Notes: generated from the letters alone by a model not told the origin. DNA of 64,000 nucleotides from Octopus vulgaris (GCA_951406725.2 OX597823.1:117056001-117120000), one strand, 5' to 3'. Shown: positions 49,129 through 61,154, counted from the first letter of the stretch. A program made the numbers and translations.

Positions 49129-51708
49129 TAAATGAAGAATACCCATGTCTGAAACCTTCTAAGTCAAGTACACATATTCATCCATTGGGGCAACAATAAC
49201 CATTTAGTCATTCTAATGACTGGTGATTTGTGCGGTGACTTTGTATCAAGTGAAGAAGAGCTGCACATCACCAACCTCACTCTCTTGTCCATATCCATCT
49301 TCAATCCAGTGGCCCGACCAGGTCAATGTAACTGGGATGGAGATGAATGCAGGGGATGACCAAGATGTCAAGCTTGCTTCATCTTGCTCTCTGCACCCCA
49401 CAATGCATTGCCTCTCTGTTAAGCCATAAAGGTTTCTTCCACAAAGTCTGCTGGATTCAGTTTTCATATGCATAGGTAAGCAGGCCCTAATTCACAGAGT
49501 TACTCACCCAATGGCTACCCTCGTTTTACTTGGTTCATCAGTCAAAGTGGTTTACCAGAGTGTGGCTGCCATTGCATGCACACATGTACTTGGAACCACA
49601 GGTGAGAGCTAGGTGTCAAATGGAGACCAAAATGAATGAACTGCCTCTAAGAGTACAATGTGTTCCCCCTTCAAAATTGTGGCCCTTCCTTGTTACCTGA
49701 CACATCCCAGTCAAGTAACTACAAGCAACAACAATGCACCAGGGACACAGGTGTATCACCACCACAACAACAACAATGACTTTAGCCACTTCCACAACAG
49801 CATCACCAATAGCAACGTCATCACTGTGACAGCAATGCAAACAATAATCAATATTAAATATTGCAAAACTGTCTCAAACAACTCAGTTATACCAGAAGAC
49901 AGTTACTTATTTCGAAGGACCTGTAATATTTGTAAAGGAAGATGGCTGATACATATTTTTGTTGGCTCTGATATACGAGTGTTAGGTAATGTTAACAGAT
50001 GCATCAACATGAAAGCTGTTCATGTTTCAAACTTAATGATAAATGTGCCGGAGAAGCATATAGAGTTATGAAAGTTGCTCCTCTTGTGGCAAGTATACTG
50101 GAATAAGAGATGAGTTTTGCCTCTCAATAAAAAGGCAAGGACTCTATCATTTTCTAAAGGCTGAGTGGTTTTGCTCATTCCTTCCTACATAGGGGAAAAA
50201 CTGATGAAAGTGAAAAATGTTCCACCAGAAATAGGCATATGATGGTTGATAGTCAGTGCAATAGATGATGTAGGTGAGAAGATCATCCTATACAGAATTT
50301 CACCAGGTGAGCAAATGATTAGGTATTGATATGGAGATGACCATACAAACAGAACCAGATATCATCGAAAATTACCAAATCTTTTCATACTCCCAAATAG
50401 AACACAGTGACTTTGTTTTAGCTATGGTTCTGTAATTTTGTGCTAATAGAACAATATTGTATTTTTTCCATGTATTTTTATATTTGGTGGGGGGGGGGGG
50501 TAAATAAAAATATGTACCTGTAATATACTGAGGTCTATTTAATTAGATATAACTCACTCTGACACAATGAAAATTGGTCATGTGCTTAGTCAAATAAAAA
50601 AAAATATATCTATTAGTTCTAACAGTTACAATGTATAAAGAGGACAACAAAGGAATATGCTTTTAGTCAAAGATTTCATAATAGAATTTTCCATTAATAT
50701 TATCCTGAAAAGATTACATTTTTACTTCTTATTGTTTGAAAATTGTATTTTTTATATTTATTATTATTTTTTATTTTTTATCTTTTTTTTATGAAATCAC
50801 TTCATGGTTTTAGAGAGTAAAAAATAATAATATAATATGAAATAATAAATAAATGCAAAATCTCAATTATCCAAAGCAAAATTAAAATTATGAGAAAACA
50901 AAGAGATTTTAATGTTTTAACAGAGTTGGGAAGATTGTCCTAGTGATAGTGTTTGTTGGTTGATCAGAAGATGTGATGGAAGCAGGGGTGTAGTTTTTAC
51001 CAAGAGTTTCTCAGCTTTTGTTTTTTTTTTTGTTTTTAGGTTTTGCTTTTCTTTTGTCTTTTTAAAACAATTGACTACGACTATGAAGAAGAGAAATTAT
51101 TTTATATATATTTTCATAAAGTTATCTATTCTTCTGTGTTTCTCTCTGTTTGTGAATGGTTCTAAATTACCTGGGAAAAATTTCCAAATTATCAAAAATT
51201 AATAAATACATAAATGTTTTAATAATATATTATCGAATATAATAAAGGGGGAAAATGAAAAACAGAAAAGGAGAAAACATATAAAGAACTGAAAACTAAA
51301 ATATTTAAATAAATTCTTAAAAAGAAACAAAAAGTATAATCTTTGTAGTTCATATTTTCTAGAATGGAGACTTAATGAAAAATATATTCATTTCTTTGAG
51401 AAATTGCTTCTAAACGTTTGATATTTAATGAAGGAAGTTAAATGGGAGTTAGCTACGGAAGTTCTATGATTGGAATATGAAGTACTACTTTATGTTGGAT
51501 GAACTTTCTAAATGGACATTGCTAATACACACTGATGTCGATACATGCATAGACACACTGACTTTGAGCACACGCATCAAGATACACTGCTTAGATTCAT
51601 GCATGCACTGATGTGTATATTCACAGAAATGATAAAACTTTGATGAGAAATATTTCAACCTGATCTGATAAATTTTTGTGGTTAATGCTGCTGTCACTGT
51701 TGTTGTTC

Positions 51709-51752
<44 letters not shown>

Positions 51753-52114
51753 CACCATTCTGTGTGATGAATGATTTATGTGTGTCTTCATATAAAGTAA
51801 ATATTTACAGCTGCATGCATCTGCTATGGATGCATGTATTTGCATGAACAAATCTACGCACTAAAATCAGATGAACGATGAAGATATGGCAGTGAAACAA
51901 GTACACAGAACTACAAAATTTAGGCTACTGAATATTTCTTAATGCTCCTGAATTCAAATCCTATTAAAGGCAACTACTGATCTCCTTTTCTGCTTCTCTT
52001 TATTCAATATAAATAAAATGCTGGAGATTGTAGGCCGTGTGTAGGTCCAGAATGACAAGACAAGTAGAAATCCATATGTATATATGTATGCATGCATGTA
52101 TGTATATATATATA

Positions 52115-52161
<47 letters not shown>

Positions 52162-52195
52162 TTACATATAAGAGTATAAAGTATACGTACGCTGC

Positions 52196-52429
52196 TATAT
52201 ATATAAAATACAAAATGGGACAAGAATGCAAAACATCCAAATGGACGATACAAAAAATACAGATGTGTCATTCGAAGCCTTTAATCTTCAGTCAAGAACC
52301 AGATCGTCCTCAGCCGAAATTGTGAGGATGATCCGGTTCTTGACCGAAGATTAAAGGCTTCGAATGACACATCCGTGTTTTTTGTATCGTCCATTTGGAT
52401 GTTTTGCATTCTTGTCCCATTTTGTATTT

Positions 52430-52439
<10 letters not shown>
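52196..52439. repeat. Near-perfect fold-back palindrome in (TA)n
   Basis: 117-bp arms (52196-52312, 52323-52439), 10-nt loop, 5 mismatches. Confidence 0.92.
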
Positions 52440-52467
<28 letters not shown>

Positions 52468-52749
52468 TCGAATAGAGGTTAGAGTAGCCTCATTAAGGGA
52501 TAAAAAATATCCAATGAATTACGAGTTCATTGTCTATTATTTTTTTTTTTTTTGTGAATAGTAGTATTTGTAAATAAAAAGCTTAAGTAGAAATCTTCAT
52601 TTATAAATATTCAAATTAAAATTCAGAAAATGGAGATGTAGCATTTATGTAATTTATTAACTGCAAAAATTCAACGTATATATATTGATAAAAATGGCAA
52701 GACAACAAAAGAAAGAAAGAGACCTCAATATTATGTAAATAGAGGAATT

Positions 52750-52980
52750 TATCTGTAAATGTAATATGTGACAATTATTCGGTAGCCAAGATAAAACTCT
52801 GAGTTTCGGATGCCAAGGTGGAAATCCACACCACCATCTCTTCAGTTATCCGTCCATCAGAAAAATGCATTTTTCTGATGGACGGATAACTGAAGAAATG
52901 GTGGTGTGGATTTCCACCTCGGCATATGAAACTCGGAGTTTGATCATGGCTACCGAATAATTGTCACATATTACATTTAC

Positions 52981-52985
<5 letters not shown>
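52750..52985. mobile_element. Spacer-less palindrome carrying mirror-image hammerhead-like motifs
   Basis: Centre between 52867/52868, 7 mismatches, no indels; HHR-like at 52790-52850 (-) and 52885-52945 (+). Confidence 0.85.
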
Positions 52986-53017
<32 letters not shown>

Positions 53018-53864
53018 AATTTTAGATATTGGGTAAAAATTAAAATATAAATTTTTTACCAGCAGTCAACATGAGTAAAAATGTCTTGTAGACTGCAAAT
53101 ATTATTATATTATATGTGTGAATAAGTCTTATACACACACACACTTACACACATATATATATATATGATAAAGGTTACTGCTATAAGTTACAGTTGGATC
53201 TCCAAAGCATAAGTTATCGCTAACCATTAGAAAAATGAGGAAAATAGTGGTCCCTATTTCATCACTAGTGCTGTAGGATTTGTCCATAAAAATAATCATT
53301 TAATTGCTAATGATTGTTAATTATAATGGAGTAAGATCTAGAATTCAAGAAAACCTGTAATAGTTTCTGTTGGTAATAATTAGTTTAGTTCAAATATGAG
53401 TTTAATAAGTTTACTTGCCTTGTGAAATGTAAAATCCATAGTTATTCCTTCCAACAGCAGATGTACCGGTTCTGCTGTTTTGTCATGCGTATTGTTTTAC
53501 GAACTGATGAGGAGTAGTTTGTCATCCATTTAGTGTTAGATAAACAAAGCGGGACCATTTTTTTAGTTTTACTGCTGTCATATATGTTATTTTACTCAAC
53601 CAGAGGTATGTAGTCTGTGAACCATTTTTCTGTTCTTCCACTAAGCTTTCACAGTTAATTCTTCCTTCAACATGGTCTCAACAGAATAATTTCCACCACT
53701 TTAAAACTGCAAACCTTATCTACATCTATTTATTTAATCATTGTAGCATTTTGCTTCTAACAAGATCTGAAGAGGTCTATTTTTTGTTGGTATGTAGGAA
53801 ACAAGAAGATAAACATTATGCATGCATAATTACATGCTGTTTTTATCTATACAAAGTTTCTATT

Positions 53865-54745
53865 TAAGTTAAGTTGAGTTAAGTTAAATTTTTGGCTCAA
53901 AATGCAAAAAGCAAGGCCATGTAGTGGGACATGGAGTTATGTACAGGGAGGGTGTTCATGCAAAGAGTTCAGGCTATTTCTGGTCAAGAGTGACTTTGAA
54001 CCAAGCGGTTGTCGGCATCTTCACTATCTCGTCTGGCAGCTTATTCCACGGATCCGCAACCCGGATGGAGAAAGCCCCTCTCCTTCGATTGAGATGAAAT
54101 CGTCACAGATAGAGCTTTTCGGAGTGACCCCACAGCCAACGCTCTGGAGCAGGAGTGAAGAACAGATTCCCGTACTCCAATATGGGTCTCACCAGCATGA
54201 CATAGAGCAGTAGGAATATGGCTGCTGTGAGCGTTCCGAATGACCGTCGAATCAAAAACAGAGCTCTGTGTGCTTTGTTGGTAGCATGGACGCACTGGGC
54301 CAAAGGCAAAAAGGAAGAATCCACCAAGATAGCCAGGTCCTTTACCTGGTCGGTCCTCTCCAGCAGCAGACGACCCGGCTCGAAATCAAGTTGAGTTGCA
54401 GGAGAAGAGCCAACAGGCAGATGACAGCACTTTGACACATTCAGACACAGGTCCCATTCATTAGACCATCTCCAAACTTGTTGGAGACATCAACGAAGAT
54501 CAGCTGTATCACCGTGAGGAGCGACCAGTTTGACATCATCGGCAAATAGAAGGGTATGTTGCGTGAGGTTGTCGGGCAAGTCATTTATGAAGACTAAAAA
54601 CAATAAGAACCCAAGCACTAAACCTTGAGGCATGCCACTGCTCGCACTGGAGACGTAGGACAGTGAACCATTAACTTGGACTTGGAAGGAGCGATCTGAG
54701 AGGAAGGCACCAACCCATCGTACAATATCCGGATGGATACTTGTG
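53865..54745 (-). mobile_element. 5'-truncated CR1-type LINE (RT C-half) with (AACTT)n tail
   Basis: SGMPQGLVLG.LLFL.FINDLP..LLFADDVKL..W..EW.L.LN.SKC..KDL..RPILEYG..WNKLP; internal deletion after EYG; short tandem 3' tail. Confidence 0.85.
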
Positions 54746-54769
54746 CATTTATCACACAAGTGTGTTAGT

Positions 54770-55000
54770 GGGATTACTGGCAGAATCGTTAGCATGCCGG
54801 GTGAAATGCTTAGCAGTATTTCGTCTGTTGTTACGTTCTGAGTTCAAATTCCACCGAGGTTGACTTGCCTTTCATCCTTTCAGGGTCGATAAATTAAGTA
54901 CCAGTTACGCACTGGAGTCGATATAATCGACTTAATCCGTTTGTCTGTCCTTGTTTGTCCTCTCTACGTTTAGCCCCTTGTGAGTAGTAAAGAAATAGGT
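54770..55000 (+). mobile_element. SINE-A
   Basis: Low-divergence long-tail copy. Confidence 0.8.
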
Positions 55001-55556
55001 ATTAAATATGTACTACAGTTCTCTTATTCAAATGTTCAAATCTCACAACAGCCATTGTGTTTTGCTCTTCAGCAAAATAGATAACTTTGTTCCTTTCAGT
55101 AACTCTGGATAAATGTCCACAAAGTCTTCCTGAATCTCATATTTGAATGGTTAGCAGAGGCATGAGCACTCATCTATATAAGGAGTTGCCTTTACCAAGT
55201 ACCATTCCAAGTAAGGAACATACGACAATAACATGAGACAATTACCAAATCGTTTCTAATAAAGAAAGTAATTAAGCAAATGAATAATCAGTCCTGAATA
55301 TATTTTAGGAAACCTTTATATAGACATCTGTTTACCTACAAAAAGCATTTGATTGAAAGAATACCTTGAAGGTTATCTCTGGTGTGTATGAGTATATGCA
55401 TGTGCATACAGACACACATACATATATACGTCCATACATGCATGCATACAGACCTACATACAGACACACACATTCATTCATTCATACATATATACAGACA
55501 GACAGACACACATACATTCAAACATTCTTAAAAAGAAAGGATACAGAGTAAAGTTC

Positions 55557-55795
55557 CTTTTCACGTCCCATAGACCCACAGAGTCAGTTTCGCAGGTTCT
55601 CTGGTGTATACACTCCTCCATGGATGGTGAGAAGTATATACAGGAATACTTATTTTTGCCAGCTGAGTGGACTAGAGCAACGTGAAATGAAGTGTTTTGC
55701 TCAAGACCACAATGCATTGCTCAGTCAGTCCAGGAATTGAAACCACAATCTTACAATCATGAGTCCAATACCCTAACCACTAAGCCATGCATCTC
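55557..55795 (-). mobile_element. SINE-F-like head with a different tail
   Basis: TGGCTTAGTGG A-box, GGTTTCAATTCC B-box, CTTGAGCAAAACACTTC segment; partial relative at ~60575-60745. Confidence 0.55.
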
Positions 55796-57880
55796 CACAC
55801 ATACATACATGCATAACACATACATGCATACATGCAGGCATATATACATACATGCAAGCATACATACATACATACATACATACATGCATACATACATGCA
55901 TACATATATATATATACATGCATGCATACATACAGACATACATGCATACATACATACATGCATGCATATATACATACATACATACATACATAACTATCTA
56001 CCTGCTGACATGCATACATACATGCATATTTACTTTAGATATATGTATGTATAAACGTACCTACATATATTTAAAGTAAATACTTTTATGATGAGTGCAA
56101 GGAAACTTGACGTGCTTCCTCCGCTTATTCTTAACTTTTCCCTCTCAATATTCCCAATCTGTCAACTACATCAGAAAATATTCAGAAAATATCACACTCT
56201 AACAAAAGATAATGTTCAATACTTGCAATTTTTCGTTCTACACACACATACATACATACATGTGAGTGTATGTATGCTGGAGTGTTTACATCCCCATAAC
56301 TTAGTGGTTCGGCAAAAGAAGCCGATAGAATAAGTACTAGGCTTACAAAGAATAAGTTTTGGGGTCAATTTGATCGACTAAAGGCAGTGCTCCAGCATGG
56401 CCACAGTCAAATGACTGAAAAAAGTAAAAGAGTATTTATATATATATATATATATATGATATGCTTCTTTCAGTTTTCATCTAGCATATATGCACACAAG
56501 GCTTTGGTTGACCCAGAGCTATAATAGTAGACATTTGCCCAAGGTTCCACACACAGAGACCGAACCTAATGGTTGGAAGCAAGCTTCTCAAACACACACC
56601 CATACCCACACCTACAGTTGATATAATTACATAAAATCAAAATCATATTGATTAAAGTTTAAGACTAAAGGCCTAATCGAAGGACCTTTCACAGTCTAAT
56701 AAAACAACAATTCTAAGTAATCTTAATCAAATCAATTTATTGCAAAGACCCCTGTCAGAAAATTCCAAGAAGAAGAAAAGAGATTACTCATTCAACAGTG
56801 TGCCTAACATTTCTGTAGTATGTCACAAAGTATTATATTATTATATTATCTTCAATTAATTACTAATTAATATTTACATTAATAGGAGTTATTAGTATTT
56901 ACATTATTACAAAACAAATATGAAAGTCAATTCCATAAAAGTATTTAGCGGCTTAGATAGATTCTTAGAAAGTACTTTTGAAATTAAAACATACCACTGT
57001 TTTGTTCTAGACTACAGTAATATAGTATAGACTTATGGACTTAGATATATTCTCACAGAAACAAATCGCTACCGCTGCCGCCGCCGCCGATGGTGATGGT
57101 GATTATTATTATTACTATTATTATTATTATTATTATTACTATTATTATTATTATTATTATCATCATCATCATCTGTACACATAAATACGTGTTCATGCAA
57201 AACTATATCTGTACGCACACTCAGACACATGAATATACATTTGCTTATAAATGCATATGTATTCTTTTGTATAAAACGTATATATTTTCAGCATCAGAGA
57301 ATCTCACAATTCATCCATGTTTATAATATTTGACAGGATTAGTAAATCTTACCTTGTAGCTATTATTTACATAAACTATTATTCCCAAACACAAACATTT
57401 CTAGAATCGAATGCTCATGAATATTTGTGTGTGTGTATAGCTCCTCTGATCATTCATCCATGTGTGTGTATAAACACACATGCATATACACACAGATATA
57501 TACACACATGCATATACACACATGCATATACACATGCACGCATATACACACAGATATATAAACACATGCATATACACACACATGCATATACACACAGATA
57601 TATAAACACATGCATATACACACACAGATATATACACACAGGTGAATGGTCAGAGGATGAGCAAGCAGATGCTATGTTGTGAACTTGTTTGTAGAAAGTG
57701 CCCCCAGCAGAAGCTGCAATCTATGGTTTAAGGATTGTGTAAAGTACGAATGTTGAAGGCATGTGAGATATGGAAGGTCAACTGGGAAAGCAATTCTTGT
57801 CATTACCACCAATGCACGAAAAAAAGGAATCGAAAGTATGGGTCTTTCTGTAGAAACACACCCACACAAATATAATTTAA

Positions 57881-58054
57881 CCCTTTGGCATTCAGATTAC
57901 TGTCAAATGTAATGCTTATTTATTCACATTGTCTTGGATTGATCATGCATTATCTCATAGCTTTGAGATTTTGATGATGTTATTGTATATTTCTAGAATG
58001 ACATTGTAGTATAGGAGTGAGAGGTCAGATCTGGCCAGTTGAAATGCTAAAGAG
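57881..58054. mobile_element. piggyBac-like MITE
   Basis: TTAA|CCCTTTGGCATTC ... AAATGCTAAAGAG|TTAA. Confidence 0.7.
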
Positions 58055-58199
58055 TTAAGCAAGATGTTCAAAAACATAGCAGCAGTGTAGTGAGAGGAGG
58101 AAGTTTAGTCTGCAGTATTTGATGGCATGTATATTTATCAAGAGCTGGGTTCATTAGTCACCAGTGGAGTCACAAATATAAAGTATAATTTTGTCCAAT

Positions 58200-58480
58200 T
58201 GCACAATGTTCTTAAGAGTCAGTGATGGTCTTCCTCTGTCTTGAGTGGACAGCCATGATATACTTATATACAGACATATGTAAAGACGTCAACAAGAGAC
58301 TATGACATTACAACCAGCCAGGCAAAGTCTTCGCTACATTTGCAACACCTGCCAGCGGGAGTGTTTGTCCAGGATAGGACTACACAGCTACAGCAGGAAA
58401 TGTATCAGGACATGAAATGTAAAGGCTGGACTAGATTATTCTATGCGCAACTCCATTGTCTCCCGAGACAAAAAGAATGC

Positions 58481-58485
<5 letters not shown>
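58200..58485 (+). mobile_element. RTE (BovB-like) LINE 3' end remnant
   Basis: YICNTCQRECLSRIGLHSYSRKC finger; 3' end CCATTGTCTCCCGAGAC. Confidence 0.65.
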
Positions 58486-58519
<34 letters not shown>

Positions 58520-59175
58520 TACTTCCATGTGACTGGTGCCTGGTCAGCCATGATCTTTCATTCTTGGCCTGACTGCCGACCGTCAACATGTCTTGTGTCC
58601 ATCTCCCATGTTCCTACCTTTAGGCTTTTACTTCATACACACCACCTCAATTTGAATTGTTATTTCTTGTTGTTATATTCGTAATTGTGTACCATGTTCT
58701 CCGTTTTTTTGTTTGTTTGACTTTTCATCTTTGTTGCTGTACACATTTGCTAGATTTCTTATAAAGGGGTCTAATGCTCTTAGCTTATACTTTTTTGGGG
58801 ACAACCAGATCGAACCATCTCAAGTGTAACTGTCCAAAATGGTCGTGACTTCTGGTACTTGACTGATGAAAGATAGCTAAGAAAAACCCGTCTTTTTTTG
58901 CCTGTCCTCCTAGTTGTTGTTTCTCTTGTCCGCCTTTGTGTCATCTGTCTGTCCAAACGTTTTAATGCCCTCTATTGCGTTTTTGTTCCATTATATATAT
59001 ATATTTATATTAAACTTACCTGTTAGTACAAATTCTGTGTGTGTTGTATTCTATTTCTTAATACATGTCAAAATTAAACAGAGAATACAACCTGGCAACC
59101 ACACCAGACTCTGAGGGTGGAGTCTTCGACTTGGCCTGAGCATGGACTCAAACTCAAATGAAATGAAATGAAATG

Positions 59176-59401
59176 AAATGAAAAAGTATGGTAAATAAAC
59201 AAATGAAATAACATAGACTGAATGTAAAAACAAATGGGAGACAAACAGAAGGTCCATATCTCTTCATCAGTTATTGACCAATTGAGTTTTGTACCAATTG
59301 GTTGATAACTGTCAAAGGATTACAGACCCTTTTGTCTCCTGTTTGTTTTTGCATTCACTATACATTATGTTGTTTGTTTATTTATCATACATTTTTCATT
59401 T
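59176..59401. repeat. Diverged fold-back palindrome
   Basis: Arms 59176-59284 and 59295-59401, 10-nt loop. Confidence 0.75.
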
Positions 59402-59531
59402 ATTAGATACATATGTGTGTGTGTGTGTGTATATTTGTATGTATGTATGAATGTAAGTATGTATGTATGTATGCATATATATATATACATATTTATGTTT
59501 GTGTGTGTATATATATATATATATATATGTA

Positions 59532-59798
59532 AATTGCAGCATGGACGCTGTTTATAAGCCATTTAAAAACACACTAAAACTGTTAGATTTACTTCAACAT
59601 TTAAATTCAATTTGCCAAAATATTTTCATCACTTTGAGACCGCAACCTTTTCACTGACAAAATTCCATGCTGCATCTGATGAACTAACTGTTACTTTCTC
59701 AGATGCAGCATGGAATTTATTAAATTTAAATGTTGAAGTGAATCTAATGGTTTTTGTGTGTTTTTAAATGGCTTATAAACACCTTCCATGCTGCAATT
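59532..59798. repeat. Fold-back palindrome with a one-sided ~50-nt extra segment
   Basis: Outer arms begin AATTGCAGCATGGA / end TCCATGCTGCAATT; inner stem 59660-59679 / 59699-59718. Confidence 0.85.
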
Positions 59799-59870
59799 GT
59801 TTTTGTTTCAGCACAGGATCTCAGATTAGGTCACTTGCTATGCAAGTACATCTCCTTAATATATATATAT

Positions 59871-60332
59871 GTCAGTCATTAGAAAAGTGCTCTAGCAATG
59901 CTGGTGCTGACTAGCACCCTCCATCACTTTAGTAACAACTATATTTGTGGCCTTTTGGTTGTAAATTGTGAATAGCCACCTTAATAATTTATAATTCTCA
60001 CTTCACTGTTTTCGGAATCAGTCAGTGTTTCCTATGCTGTTCTCTATAAGACTGACAAGGTGACCAAGGTTCTTTATGCCCTTGGTGACAGAGTAATGGG
60101 TCACTGATGAAGATTAATCAAATCTGAAATCAGCGCTGATATGACTCCTTCACGATTGTCATAGGGAGTTTGTCTCTCTTGTCAGTCATTAGAAAAGTGC
60201 TTTCATGTGGCTAAGAGTTGTTTTGACTCTTATTTCTAGCAATGCTGGTGTGGACTAGCACCCTCTGTCACTTTAGTGATGTCTACACTTGTTGCTTTTG
60301 GTTGTAAATTGCAAATAGCCACCTTAATAATT

Positions 60333-60334
<2 letters not shown>
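59871..60334 (+). mobile_element. Retrozyme-like or Penelope pLTR-like unit (direct repeat A - HHR core - A') in (TA)n
   Basis: 59871-59991 is repeated at 60181-60334 (with a 34-nt extra segment); hammerhead lies between; (TA)n on both sides. Confidence 0.7.
60085..60162 (+). ncRNA. Type I hammerhead ribozyme, intact core; predicted cleavage after 60141 (AUA)
   Basis: GGGUCA-CUGAUGA-AGAUU-AAUCA-AAUCU-GAA-AUCAGCGCUGAU-A-UGACUC; all core nucleotides present; helices I-III pair; distal helix I GUGACA/UGUCAU. Confidence 0.85.
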
Positions 60335-60391
<57 letters not shown>

Positions 60392-60479
60392 AATCAACTG
60401 GAACAGCAATCAGCATCATTGATGGAATGCCAGTTTTTATATACATGTATATGTATGTATATACGTGTTTATATATATA

Positions 60480-60510
<31 letters not shown>

Positions 60511-61154
60511 CCAGTTGATTCGATGAACCAACCAAACAGCTTGCTTCTGAAATTAACATGCAAGTGGCTGAGTACTCCACAAACTCGCATATCCTTACTG
60601 TAGTTCTCAGGGAGAATCAGTGTAACACTGCATGTAACAAGGTTGGCTCTTTGAAATACAGGTACTACTCATTTTTGTAAGCTGAGTGGACTGGACCATC
60701 ATGAAATGAAGTGTCTTGCTCAAGAATACATTGCACCAATGGGTATTGAAATGGGTATTGATGTTATGATCATTAATTGAATATCCTAACAAAGAAGCCA
60801 TGGGCCTTCACCATTATATATATAAATGTATATGACATGTGTGCGTATATATATATATATATATATACATATATATTTATTTATGTATGTATGTATGTAT
60901 GTATGTATGTTGATTATGTTGTGGTGGGGGATAAACACAAATACAAGGACATACATACATGTGTATGTGTGTATCTTTGTATGTATGTACATATGTGTGT
61001 GTGTGTGTCTGTGTTTGTCCCCCCAACATCACATGACAACCAATGCTGGTGTGTTTATGTCCCCGTAACTTAGTGGTTCAGCAAAAGAGACTAAGCTTAC
61101 AAATATTGTGCTTCATCATGGCCACAGTCAAATGGCTTAAACGAGTAAAAGAAT

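Noticed and set aside
49960-50420. Hydrophobic minus-strand translation suggestive of a membrane-protein pseudogene
   Set aside because: Many stops and no recognisable family motif
53458-53605. Possible exon (CCTTCCAACAG acceptor, GAG|GTATGT donor)
   Set aside because: Stops in all three frames and no supporting neighbouring exons; a UTR or lncRNA exon cannot be excluded without RNA-seq
58860-58895. CTGATGA..GAAAA..GTC hammerhead-like string
   Set aside because: Helix I and II do not pair; at best a very decayed relic
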